Assembly: GCA_052035405.1 (NCBI GenBank)
Contig: JBPOHQ010000003.1
Location: 5,878 to 69,877 of the forward strand
Direction of reading: 5' to 3'
Length of the DNA: 64,000 bases
Source: Candidatus Nomurabacteria bacterium
GTDB taxonomy: Bacteria > Patescibacteriota > Minisyncoccia > Phycocordibacterales > UBA9973
Below, piece after piece: positions 1 through 8,598 of the stretch. Position numbers and translations under genes: made by a program. The notes beneath the pieces were generated by a model that was not told the DNA's origin, did not search any database, and saw nothing but the letters and a program-made list of their open reading frames with translations. The first letter of the stretch is position 1; each line of letters begins with the position of its first letter.

Positions 1-144
1 TCAAAATGTAATGAGTATTTAAAAATACACTCAAAAAAAGAGATAGATTGGTAAAGGACTTCAACCTAGTAAAAAAATACAGAAAATGGTATATAGAGAG
101 GGAATGTTCTCGCCTAGGGCATTATCAGTTTAATTAATAATCAT

Positions 145-1326
145 ATGAATATATATAAAAAATTACTTGTTTTCGTTTTTGGCCTTATAGCTATGGGCTC
201 TTTTGCACAGAGTGTGTCTGCTATGGTGCCTACACTTACTATCTCTGGTAACAGTACGAGTACTATGCTCGTGACTGTTGTTGGTGATGCAAATGCAAGT
301 GTTGTATTCTATTATCCAGCTAGTTATGGTAGTTATGGAGTGCAAAGTGTCTACCTAGGAAGTACAAACAACCTTGGATACTTTTCTACTACCTTAACAT
401 CAAATACCTATAACATCGCCCAAGGAAGTCTGGTGTATGTGTTGGTAAATAACCAACAGTCTCCATCTGTGACATGGTCAACTTCATCTTACTCAAATCT
501 TTCTTTGAGTCAGACAAATGTAACTCTCTCTGTTGGTCAGACTTCAGCCGTTACTGCATACAATTCTTTTGGAACACTGTATGTGTCTAGTAACTCAAAC
601 TCAAATGTAGCTACTGCAACGGTGAGTGGAAACACTGTCTCATTTTACGGAGTGAATACTGGAACAACCACTGTTACGGTCTGTCAAAATAGCGGAAGTG
701 CATATTGTGGAATGGTATATGTGACTGTTTCGGGCTCATATTACACTGGTGTAAATACTTCTGGACTTATCGTATCAAACCTAAACTTGTCAGTTGGAAA
801 TTCAATCACACTTGCTTCTGTTTCTGGTGGAAGTTTGTATGTGTCTAATAACTCAAATCCAAACGTTGCAGGAGTTTCTGCTTCTGGAAGTGTTGGATGT
901 CTCGCTGGTGCACAGTACAGTGCAATCAACGGTCAACCTTGTTACTACATTACAAACAATACAGGTTCAATGACTATCACTGCATTATCTAGTGGAGTAA
1001 GTACCATAACTCTTTGTCAGACTAACGCGACTACTGGATGTAGTACTATCGTTATTAACGTAAATGGAGTGGGTTCTGTGTTAGGAGCAACAACGGTAAA
1101 CCCAGGATGCTCTATCTATCGTACACTGCGATACGGTATGTCAGGTACTGATGTCTCTTGTCTGCAATCATATCTTTCAGCAAAAGGATATCTTGTAAGT
1201 GGAGCAAGTTACTCTGCATACTTTGATATGGCTACTAGAAACGCTGTAGCTTCGTTCCAAAGAGATCACTATCTCGGTGCGGATGGAGTTGTAGGACGAA
1301 TGACTCGAGAAGCTTTATATCAATAA
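145..1326 (+). CDS. Secreted Ser/Thr/Asn-rich surface protein with C-terminal peptidoglycan-binding domain
   Basis: N-terminal signal peptide; repeated beta-rich modules (LYVSSNSNSNVA / LYVSNNSNPNVA); C-terminal LRYGMSGTDVSCLQSYL...TRNAVASFQ...ADGVVGRMT matches the PG_binding_1 pattern. Confidence 0.85.
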   Translation: MNIYKKLLVFVFGLIAMGSFAQSVSAMVPTLTISGNSTSTMLVTVVGDANASVVFYYPASYGSYGVQSVYLGSTNNLGYFSTTLTSNTYNIAQGSLVYVLVNNQQSPSVTWSTSSYSNLSLSQTNVTLSVGQTSAVTAYNSFGTLYVSSNSNSNVATATVSGNTVSFYGVNTGTTTVTVCQNSGSAYCGMVYVTVSGSYYTGVNTSGLIVSNLNLSVGNSITLASVSGGSLYVSNNSNPNVAGVSASGSVGCLAGAQYSAINGQPCYYITNNTGSMTITALSSGVSTITLCQTNATTGCSTIVINVNGVGSVLGATTVNPGCSIYRTLRYGMSGTDVSCLQSYLSAKGYLVSGASYSAYFDMATRNAVASFQRDHYLGADGVVGRMTREALYQ

Positions 1327-1343
1327 ACTTCTTTAAATATTTA

Positions 1344-1379
1344 AACAAAAAATCCCTCACTGTTGAGGGATTTTTTGTT
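1344..1379. terminator. Bidirectional intrinsic terminator
   Basis: aacaaaaaatccctca-ctgt-tgagggattttttgtt between convergent genes. Confidence 0.85.
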
Positions 1380-1402
1380 AGTATATAGAAACACGAATAG
1401 TA

Positions 1403-1948
1403 TTATTTTAACTCTTCCCATGCATATGCTTCTTGTTCCATCTGGGCTAGAAAAGGTGCTTTTGCTGCTCGGTAGGCAGGGTAGTCCTCTGGGTGTAGTT
1501 TTGAGTTTGATTCTTTGAGGTCAGCATATTCTTTTGCTTTTTCTGGGTGAGTCCGAAAAAAATCTCGCATTACGAGGAATTGCCTTGCTTTTGGTGCACC
1601 TGATTCGCATACATGTATATTTTCCAACTTTTCTCCATTAGGACCTGTTCTGAAGAACAGAAGTGTATTGGGAGCTATGTAGTTTTCACCCCATTCATAG
1701 CCGATATCAACCATTCTAAGTGTTTCTTGCGATAGATCTTTTATATCCTTCACAATTATCAAAACATCGATTAGAGGCTTGGCTTTCATTCCGGGAATCG
1801 AAGTACTGCCGACATGTTCAATCTGTAAAGCCTTATTGCCAAAGATTTCAGAAATAAGTATCTTTATTGATTCAAATTTAATTATCCAATTCGGATCATA
1901 TTCGGAAATCGAGTATTTTCTTTTTATGTTTTTATCTAATTCTACCAT
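1403..1948 (-). CDS. GrpB (UPF0157) family nucleotidyltransferase-fold protein
   Basis: YDPNW...IEHVGSTSIPGMKAKPLIDV...IHV...MRDF...YADLK...YRAAK motifs. Confidence 0.9.
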   Translation of the reverse strand: MVELDKNIKRKYSISEYDPNWIIKFESIKILISEIFGNKALQIEHVGSTSIPGMKAKPLIDVLIIVKDIKDLSQETLRMVDIGYEWGENYIAPNTLLFFRTGPNGEKLENIHVCESGAPKARQFLVMRDFFRTHPEKAKEYADLKESNSKLHPEDYPAYRAAKAPFLAQMEQEAYAWEELK

Positions 1949-1972
1949 GTCATAAACTATAGCTTATTTGTT

Positions 1973-2218
1973 GAAACTTAGCTAATCGAGTTGACTCACA
2001 TACCTAAGCCTGTGAGTCTGTCGATAAAAAGTTTTCTTGGCCGGTGATTGTGAGTTAAACACTAACAGACCTAGACCCCATAAGGGTATTTTAGCATCTT
2101 TACCAAGCTCTAAAATATGTATGTGGATCGCTAATTATAAAACAGACTTACATAACACTTCGCCGGATAAGGCGAGGTCTTTTGAATATATTGGTCAGAT
2201 AAGTATAAAAACTTTTTA
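1973..2218. other. Highly structured intergenic element (candidate ncRNA or miniature element)
   Basis: Nested helices: 1993-2000/2011-2018, 2025-2035/2208-2218, 2038-2046/2189-2197, 2067-2072/2175-2180, plus several internal hairpins. Confidence 0.4.
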
Positions 2219-2222
2219 CGTA

Positions 2223-3065
2223 TTAAACCTGTAGAATTTTTAATTCTGCAATAATCTTCTCGTGCAATTCTTTATTCGCAGACGCAACAAAACTTCTAGG
2301 AAGTCGTATCCCTCCATCTTTATAATTTATTGCTTTACCGTCCATATCAGTTACTGCACCTCCTGCCTCCTCAAGAATAATCTGCCCTGCAAGAATATCC
2401 CATTTACCAGCTCGCATGTTTGTATTGATATGTGCTTCTGCCTCTCCTTGTGCAATAGTGCATAATTTTGCACCACTGCCTTCTGCTATTCTTTGTGCAA
2501 AAGGAATTTGATCAAGCTTCTCTTCTATTGGTCGGATGTCTCCACTAGGCTCGCGAGTAATTAAACGAGCTTCTTTTATTTCATAAATTGAAGCAGTGTG
2601 AATTTTTTCAAATTTCCCATTAACTTTTTGGAATGCACCTTTACCTTTCTCTGCGTAAAAACTTTGATTTTTTGCAGGCACTTTCACACAGCCAAAAATA
2701 GGTACACCATTTTCAACCAAACCAATAACTATTCCAAAAGTGTCTGTTCCTTTAATAAAGGACTTTGTTCCATTAAGAGGGTCAACCATCCAAACCTTTC
2801 CTGTATAATCATTAGGAATGTTGTCATTTTCTTCTGATAGAATGAGGTCATCTGGGAACTCTTTATGTAATTGTTCTCGTATTAAACTATCAGACTCTTT
2901 ATCAGCAACAGTAACAGGATCAAACTCATCTTTTTTATATTCAACATTAACTGCCTGTTTAAAGTATTTCATTAAAACTTCACTTGCTTGATCGGTAATT
3001 TTAAAAACTTTTTTTGCAAGTTCTGAAGGTGCCATTTCGTCCATATTTTCTATACTATGTTCCAT
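2223..3065 (-). CDS. Inositol monophosphatase / CysQ-like 3'(2'),5'-bisphosphate nucleotidase
   Basis: PVTVADKES, ILSEE, WMVDPLNGTKSF, WDILAG...EEAGG motifs. Confidence 0.9.
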   Translation of the reverse strand: MEHSIENMDEMAPSELAKKVFKITDQASEVLMKYFKQAVNVEYKKDEFDPVTVADKESDSLIREQLHKEFPDDLILSEENDNIPNDYTGKVWMVDPLNGTKSFIKGTDTFGIVIGLVENGVPIFGCVKVPAKNQSFYAEKGKGAFQKVNGKFEKIHTASIYEIKEARLITREPSGDIRPIEEKLDQIPFAQRIAEGSGAKLCTIAQGEAEAHINTNMRAGKWDILAGQIILEEAGGAVTDMDGKAINYKDGGIRLPRSFVASANKELHEKIIAELKILQV

Positions 3066-3164
3066 AAATTATCTAGATTAATTAACATTACTAAATTATT
3101 AGTATATTTTACTATATGTATAGTCTTTATAGGTGATCGGGTCGTGTATAATACTTTATTTTTA

Positions 3165-3275
3165 TGGCGGAGAATGTGAGATTTGGTCACAAAACTCCTC
3201 ACTTCGTTCGAAGTAGTTTCGCGACCCCTATTCGAATCTCACCGTAAAACCACGCAGGTGGTTTTACTATTCTCC
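3165..3275 (-). ncRNA. tRNA-like structured element ending in GCCA, in the tRNA-Ser trailer
   Basis: Minus strand: 7-bp acceptor-like stem GGAGAAT/ATTCTCC + G + CCA; GTGAG/CTCAC stem identical to the tRNA-Ser T-stem; 10-bp hairpin and a G-U-containing inserted hairpin. Confidence 0.55.
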
Positions 3276-3323
3276 GCTCAACAAAAATGGCCACCTGGGT
3301 CCCGTGGCGTATTTTTGTACGAG

Positions 3324-3408
3324 CGGAGGCGGTGAGATTCGAACTCACGGTACCTTGCGATACTCCTGTTTTCAAGACAGGTGCACTAAACCACTATGCG
3401 ACGCCTCC
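3324..3408 (-). tRNA. tRNA-Ser(TGA)
   Basis: GGAGGCG/CGCCTCC acceptor, anticodon arm cctgt-ctTGAaa-acagg, long variable arm, GTTCGAATC T-loop; CCA not encoded. Confidence 0.97.
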
Positions 3409-3506
3409 GTTATTTGATTGTAAACCATTAAATATAGACTTTGTTAAGCCAAATACTCAATAAGGAGATATTATCAGGAAATTTATTTTTATGCTAGTAT
3501 TTCGAT

Positions 3507-3941
3507 ATGAAGATTTTGGGAATTGACTATGGGACAAAGAGAATAGGCCTTGCTATGTCAGACGATGGGGGGAGTATTGCGTTCCCAAAAGAGATAGTTA
3601 AAAATGATTCTAGCACCCTAAAACATATTGAAAAACTTATAAAAACTGAAAACATAGAAGAAATAGTAATAGGGGAGTCTCTGGATTTAGATGGCACGCA
3701 AAATAAGGTACACGAGAAGATACAAAAATTTGCAAAACAGCTGGAAGATTTTTTTAAAATAAAAGTTTTCTTTCAAAAAGAGTTTATGACTTCTGTCGAA
3801 GCACGTAAAACAACAATTTTTAAAAGTAGCCTCAATCAAACACAAGCAAGTAGTAGGGTGAAAAAGGAAACAGGGGAGAAGGTGGACGCAAAAGCAGCAG
3901 CGCTCATCCTTCAAAGATATTTAGATAAAAAGAATATATAA
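3507..3941 (+). CDS. ruvX: Holliday junction resolvase-like protein RuvX/YqgF
   Basis: ILGIDYGTKRIGLAMSD, IVIG, EFMTS, VDAKAAALILQRYLD. Confidence 0.93.
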   Translation: MKILGIDYGTKRIGLAMSDDGGSIAFPKEIVKNDSSTLKHIEKLIKTENIEEIVIGESLDLDGTQNKVHEKIQKFAKQLEDFFKIKVFFQKEFMTSVEARKTTIFKSSLNQTQASSRVKKETGEKVDAKAAALILQRYLDKKNI

Positions 3942-3950
3942 TAAAAATAT

Positions 3951-4337
3951 ATGAAAGATATAATATCAATAGATGATTTTGCAAAAATAGATTTAAAAGT
4001 AGGACAAATTTTAGAAGTAGAAAAAGTACCAGATACGGATAAACTTTTGAAATTAAAAGTAGATATGGGTATGAAGACTGTCGTTGTGGGTGAAGGTGAA
4101 GAGCAAAAGACAGAGGAGCAGCAAGATATCAGACAGATTGTTTCAGGGATTGCTTTATATTTTGAAGACATGCAAATTCTTGTTGGTAAAAAATGCATGT
4201 TTGTTGCAAACCTTGAACCTCGCACTATACGTGGACTAGAAAGCGAGGGGATGATAGTTGCAGTATCAACACCAGAAGGTAAATTCTCTGTGCTCTCTCC
4301 ATCAGAAGATATTCCCGTAGGAACTTCTGCAAAATAA
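3951..4337 (+). CDS. Stand-alone tRNA-binding OB-fold protein (MetRS C-terminal/Trbp111/CsaA-like)
   Basis: ISIDDFAKIDLKVG...DKLLKLKVD...RQIVSGI...NLEPRTIRGLESEGM. Confidence 0.9.
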   Translation: MKDIISIDDFAKIDLKVGQILEVEKVPDTDKLLKLKVDMGMKTVVVGEGEEQKTEEQQDIRQIVSGIALYFEDMQILVGKKCMFVANLEPRTIRGLESEGMIVAVSTPEGKFSVLSPSEDIPVGTSAK

Positions 4338-4397
4338 TTTTGTTTTTCACAAAATTTCTTTGAATAATTCTTGCTACAAAGGTATACTATATGAGTA

Positions 4398-5480
4398 ATG
4401 TTTAAAAACTCATACGATAAATTTTTCCCGACACCTGATTTTTTGAAGATGCCTTCGTTTGGTTTGGATATTTCAGATGAAGCACTTAAGTTTATTGAAC
4501 TAGTCGCAACAAAGGATGGAATTAAAGTAGGTAAATATGGAGAAAAAAAAATAGCATCAGGTATCGTTGAATCAGGAAAAATAATTGATCCTAAAAAATT
4601 TGAAGAAATTCTACTTGAGTTAAAGAAGGAACAAAAAATAAAATCTGTACGAGTATCTCTACTCGAGAATCAAATTTATCTTTTTAAGGTTTCTATCGAG
4701 AAAGTAGGGCTTACGAGTGTGCGGGAAGCAATCGAACTTTCTTTAGAAGAACACATTCCTGTACCTGCCCCAGAGGCTATATTTGATTATGATATTTTGT
4801 CTGAAACGGAGACAACTCTAGAGCTGCAGGTAGCAGCCATACCAGACAATGTTATAGAGAGCTACCTAACTGTTTTTAGAAATTGCGAGATAACCGTTCA
4901 CTCATTTGAATTAGAAGCACAAGCTATTGCTAGAGCAATAATAAAAAAAGGAGATCCAGAAACCTACATGATTGTGGATTTTGGAGAAAAAAGAACTGGT
5001 ATATTTGTCGTCTCTAAAGGGGTAGTCATGTTTACTTCTACCTTAGAAATTGGAGGAGATGTTTTAAACACGATGATTCAAAAGAATTTTAATGTTTCTT
5101 ATGAAGAAGCTGATAAAATGAAGAAACGGTATGGTCTTCAGAGGAATGCCGTAAACAGAGAACTTTTTTCAGTTCTTTTGAATAGTGTTTCGGTGCTTCG
5201 AGATGAATTAGTAAAACACCAACTCTATTGGGATACTCATAAGGATGAGGATGGAAAAGGTAGTCCACCTATTAAGAAAGTTATACTTTGTGGTGGGGAT
5301 TCAAATTTAATTGGACTTTCAGAGTATTTATCAGTGAGTATGAAAACCACTGTAGAGATGGCTAACGTCTGGGTAAATATCACAGATACCAGAATCTCTA
5401 TACCTGAGATGGGTTTTAAACAAGCATTATCATTTGCCGCAGCACTAGGTCTAGCATTAGGAGATTTTGAAGATGATTAA
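4398..5480 (+). CDS. pilM: Type IV pilus assembly protein PilM
   Basis: Actin-like fold motifs FGLDISD, IVDFGEKRT, ILCGGDS, final ALGLAL. Confidence 0.88.
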   Translation: MFKNSYDKFFPTPDFLKMPSFGLDISDEALKFIELVATKDGIKVGKYGEKKIASGIVESGKIIDPKKFEEILLELKKEQKIKSVRVSLLENQIYLFKVSIEKVGLTSVREAIELSLEEHIPVPAPEAIFDYDILSETETTLELQVAAIPDNVIESYLTVFRNCEITVHSFELEAQAIARAIIKKGDPETYMIVDFGEKRTGIFVVSKGVVMFTSTLEIGGDVLNTMIQKNFNVSYEEADKMKKRYGLQRNAVNRELFSVLLNSVSVLRDELVKHQLYWDTHKDEDGKGSPPIKKVILCGGDSNLIGLSEYLSVSMKTTVEMANVWVNITDTRISIPEMGFKQALSFAAALGLALGDFEDD

Positions 5481-6015
5481 TTTAACACCAAACAAAGAAA
5501 AGAAAAAAATGATAAAAGATTTCTACTTACGATTAGTGGTGGTCTTTATTATGATGCTTGGAGTTTCTGTGGTCATATCTTCTTTTGCACTAATCCCGTC
5601 TTATTTATTTTCTATAGTAAAAAAAAGGTTTTCAGAAGAAAAACTTGTTGTACAAAAAAATATACCATTACCAGAATTTGACCAGCAAACTCTTGCTCTT
5701 ATTGGAGATCTTAACTCTAAATTAAACTTAATTGAAAATTCAAAGAAAGACAAGTTCCTTGTATCGGATAGGGTTATTAATAAGATTTTATCCAAAAAAA
5801 TGACAGATATTAAAATAAATAAGTTTTCATATAAATTTGATACGGTGAATGGTAAAATAATAGGTGTGCAAGGTACTGCACCTTCTCGCGAGAGATTACT
5901 CCTCTTTAAGACTGCCCTAGAAGAAGATTCTAGTTTTACGAAAGTTGATTTACCAATTTCAAATTTTATCAGGGGATCGAATATTCAGTTTAACTTGAAT
6001 CTAGTAGCAAAATAA
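5467..6015 (+). CDS. PilN-like pilus assembly protein
   Basis: MINLTP start, single TM helix, overlaps pilM. Confidence 0.7.
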   Translation: MKMINLTPNKEKKKMIKDFYLRLVVVFIMMLGVSVVISSFALIPSYLFSIVKKRFSEEKLVVQKNIPLPEFDQQTLALIGDLNSKLNLIENSKKDKFLVSDRVINKILSKKMTDIKINKFSYKFDTVNGKIIGVQGTAPSRERLLLFKTALEEDSSFTKVDLPISNFIRGSNIQFNLNLVAK

Positions 6016-6023
6016 TCCATTTT

Positions 6024-6560
6024 ATGAATAATAAATCGCAAAAAAAATATTTAATTGGTTCACTCATATTTTTGTTGGTGGTTTCAGGTATTTTTGCTTT
6101 TCTCTATGTTCAAATAAAAAACAACAACATTGCTTCTGAAGAAGCAGAAATAGAATGGAACAGTGAAATTTCAAAGTTAAACAACATAAAAGTTTTAAAT
6201 CTCTCTATACGAGACATAGAAAAAGAAAAAGCTTTATTTGAATCTCACTTTGTAAAAAATTCAGATATAGTATCATTTTTAGATACTCTTGAGGGTTATG
6301 CTAAAGATGTAAGTGTAAATGCCTCTATTTCTGCGGTTGATACTTTACCGGACGATGCTGGGCTAGTTATAGGCATTAGAACTTTTGGTACTTTTGAGTC
6401 TTTGTATAAATTTCTTATGTTACTTGAAAATTCAAAGTATGAAATGAATGTTGTTGAATTTGATATTCAAAAAGATGGAGCTTCGACTCTTGATGGAACA
6501 GAACAGGTTCCTCAATGGAGTGCAAGTTTTAAAATACAGCTATTAGCTTTTATGAAATAA
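6024..6560 (+). CDS. PilO-like pilus assembly protein
   Basis: N-terminal TM helix, coiled coil, GTFESLYKFLMLLEN; third gene after pilM. Confidence 0.65.
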   Translation: MNNKSQKKYLIGSLIFLLVVSGIFAFLYVQIKNNNIASEEAEIEWNSEISKLNNIKVLNLSIRDIEKEKALFESHFVKNSDIVSFLDTLEGYAKDVSVNASISAVDTLPDDAGLVIGIRTFGTFESLYKFLMLLENSKYEMNVVEFDIQKDGASTLDGTEQVPQWSASFKIQLLAFMK

Positions 6561-6561
6561 T

Positions 6562-6885
6562 ATGAAATTAGATATTAAATTAGATTTTCTAAAAAAGAAA
6601 AAGAATTTCAAAAAGAAAGATAATCCAGCCATTGATCCAAATCTGTATTGGCGTATTATGCTTTTCCTAGGGCTTTTTATAATTCTTGTTTCTTTGGGAT
6701 TGGGGTATTATTTAGTTAAAGAAGTCAATAAAGAACCAGACTTACCCACCTTAAATGGGAGTATAAATAATAAAATAACAAAGAAAGAAAGAATTGAAGC
6801 AATGCTTGAATATTTTAGGCAAAAAGAGGAGAAGTCTATTGAGACAATAAATACAAATAATTTAATCATTGACCCATCGCTTTAA
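6562..6885 (+). CDS. Hypothetical single-pass membrane protein (pil cluster)
   Basis: One TM helix; starts 1 nt after upstream stop. Confidence 0.7.
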   Translation: MKLDIKLDFLKKKKNFKKKDNPAIDPNLYWRIMLFLGLFIILVSLGLGYYLVKEVNKEPDLPTLNGSINNKITKKERIEAMLEYFRQKEEKSIETINTNNLIIDPSL

Positions 6886-6925
6886 AAATGCTATTTTAGC
6901 ATGGTAAGTGTGAGGGTGCATAAAT

Positions 6926-6998
6926 GCGCGGTTAGCTCAGTTGGTAGAGCGACTCATTTACACTGAGAAGGTCGGGGGTTCAAGTCCCTCACCGCGCA
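6926..6998 (+). tRNA. tRNA-Val(TAC)
   Basis: GCGCGGT/ACCGCGC acceptor, ctca-ttTACac-tgag anticodon arm, GGTTCAAGTC. Confidence 0.95.
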
Positions 6999-7011
6999 CA
7001 GAGAAAGTCAT

Positions 7012-7083
7012 GTCCCTGTAGTTCAATGGATAGAACTGCGGACTTCTAAGCCGTCGATGTTGGTTCGATTCCAACCAGGGACA
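7012..7083 (+). tRNA. tRNA-Arg(TCT)
   Basis: GTCCCTG/CAGGGAC acceptor, ctTCTaa anticodon loop, GGTTCGATTC. Confidence 0.95.
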
Positions 7084-7085
7084 CA

Positions 7086-7811
7086 ATGAAAATACATATT
7101 CTATATGAAGATCCTAGTATACTGGTTATAGATAAACCAGCTGGTATCGCTGTGCATGAAGACGGAAGAACTAAAGAAAAGACTTTAACGGATTGGGTGT
7201 TGAAAAATTATCCAAAGATGAAAAACGTGGTCGAGCCTATTTTCTTAATTTATTATAAAAATAAAAAACAAATCACACGACCAGGTATAGTGCACCGGCT
7301 AGATAAAGATACTTCAGGGGTGCTTGTTTTAGCTAAGACTCAAAAAGCACATGAATTTTTAAAAAGCCAATTTCAAAATAGAGAAGTTCGAAAAGTTTAT
7401 AATACTGTCGTTTCTGGTCACATGAAAGATGAAAGAGGGACTATAAATAAACCAATAGGCAGGAGTCCAAATGATTTTCGTAAGCGTCTTGCGGGTCGTG
7501 GAGCGCGAGGTGAGCTTCGAGAGGCTATCACAGAATACACTGTATTAAAAAAATTTTTAGATAAAAAGAATAAATTTACATACCTTGAAGTTAGACCGAA
7601 GACGGGACGAACTCATCAGATACGTGTACATATGAAATTTATGAATCATCCAGTAGCAGGGGATGAGTTATATAATCCAGGCAAGCCTGTACCAAAAGGA
7701 TTTACGCGTCTTGCACTTCATGCGAAGAGTATCAGTTTTAAAAATTTAAAGGGTGAGACTCTTAAAATAGAATCACCATTACCAGAAGAGTTTAAAAATA
7801 TTCTAAAATAA
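7086..7811 (+). CDS. RluA/RluD-family pseudouridine synthase
   Basis: VIDKPAG, IVHRLDKDTSG, TGRTHQIRVH, HPVAGDELY, LALHA. Confidence 0.95.
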   Translation: MKIHILYEDPSILVIDKPAGIAVHEDGRTKEKTLTDWVLKNYPKMKNVVEPIFLIYYKNKKQITRPGIVHRLDKDTSGVLVLAKTQKAHEFLKSQFQNREVRKVYNTVVSGHMKDERGTINKPIGRSPNDFRKRLAGRGARGELREAITEYTVLKKFLDKKNKFTYLEVRPKTGRTHQIRVHMKFMNHPVAGDELYNPGKPVPKGFTRLALHAKSISFKNLKGETLKIESPLPEEFKNILK

Positions 7812-7865
7812 TTTTTAGGCTTATAGTTTGCCTTTAAAAGGTGTTTATGTTAAAGTATTCCCATT

Positions 7866-8324
7866 ATGGCAGCAAATAAAGCAAATACTATAAAGTTTAG
7901 TCCAGTGGACATTGAAGAGCGAAAAAAGCTTGATTTTAAGGCGGGAGACACAGTTCGTGTTTGGTCTAAAATCGCTGAATTGAAAGAGGGAAAAAAGAAA
8001 GGGGAAAAGGCCACGGTTAAATACCGTCTTCAGGCCTTTGAAGGTATCGTTCTTGCGAGAAAGCATGGCACAGAAAACGGAGCAACCTTTACAGTACGCA
8101 GAGTAGCTTCAGGGGTAGGAGTAGAAAGAATATTTCCACTCTTTGCACCCACTGTAGACAAGATTGAGATTACCAAGAGAGCAAATGCTGGACGATCAAA
8201 ACTCTACTATGTACGAACCAAGGCAGTAAAAGATGTTCGAAAGAAATTACGTGCTGTTACTTCAGGAAAAGTAAACGAAATAGAAGCTGATACCATAGAA
8301 GAAACTCAAACTGACGAAGTATAA
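7866..8324 (+). CDS. rplS: 50S ribosomal protein L19
   Basis: FKAGDTVRV, RLQAFEGIV, TFTVRR, GVGVERIFP, SKLYYVR. Confidence 0.96.
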   Translation: MAANKANTIKFSPVDIEERKKLDFKAGDTVRVWSKIAELKEGKKKGEKATVKYRLQAFEGIVLARKHGTENGATFTVRRVASGVGVERIFPLFAPTVDKIEITKRANAGRSKLYYVRTKAVKDVRKKLRAVTSGKVNEIEADTIEETQTDEV

Positions 8325-8329
8325 TCTAA

Positions 8330-8364
8330 AAACAAAAACCCTCCTTTGTGGAGGGTTTTTGTTT
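8330..8364 (+). terminator. Intrinsic terminator after rplS
   Basis: aaacaaaaaccctcc-tttgt-ggagggtttttgttt. Confidence 0.85.
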
Positions 8365-8437
8365 CAGTAATAGTTACTTTGATGCTTGCTCTAGCAATAT
8401 TTCTAAAAGTATATTATAGTGTCTGTGTTATTTGTAT

Positions 8438-8521
8438 GCGCAGGTGGCGAAACTGGTAGACGTACTACCTTGAGGTGGTAGCGGGAGCAATCCCATGGAG
8501 GTTCAAGTCCTCTCCTGCGCA
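8438..8521 (+). tRNA. tRNA-Leu(GAG)
   Basis: GCGCAGG/CCTGCGC acceptor, ctacc-ttGAGgt-ggtag, long variable arm, GGTTCAAGTC. Confidence 0.96.
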
Positions 8522-8524
8522 CAG

Positions 8525-8550
8525 AAAAAAGCAACTTAAGTTGCTTTTTT
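8525..8550 (+). terminator. Intrinsic terminator after tRNA-Leu
   Basis: aaaaaagcaacttaagttgctttttt. Confidence 0.75.
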
Positions 8551-8598
8551 GTTTTATGCACACTTAAAATTTATAAGATGCTATAATAAAATACATAT

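Noticed and set aside
2037-2234. 65-aa plus-strand ORF in the ORF track
   Set aside because: TTG start, no recognisable motif, overlaps the cysQ-like stop; the region is better explained by RNA structure
3165-3183. attR of a large integrated element at tRNA-Ser
   Set aside because: Only ~140 bp separate the tRNA from the 3'-end-like copy, there is no integrase, and the copy differs at three acceptor positions that pair with its own 5' strand
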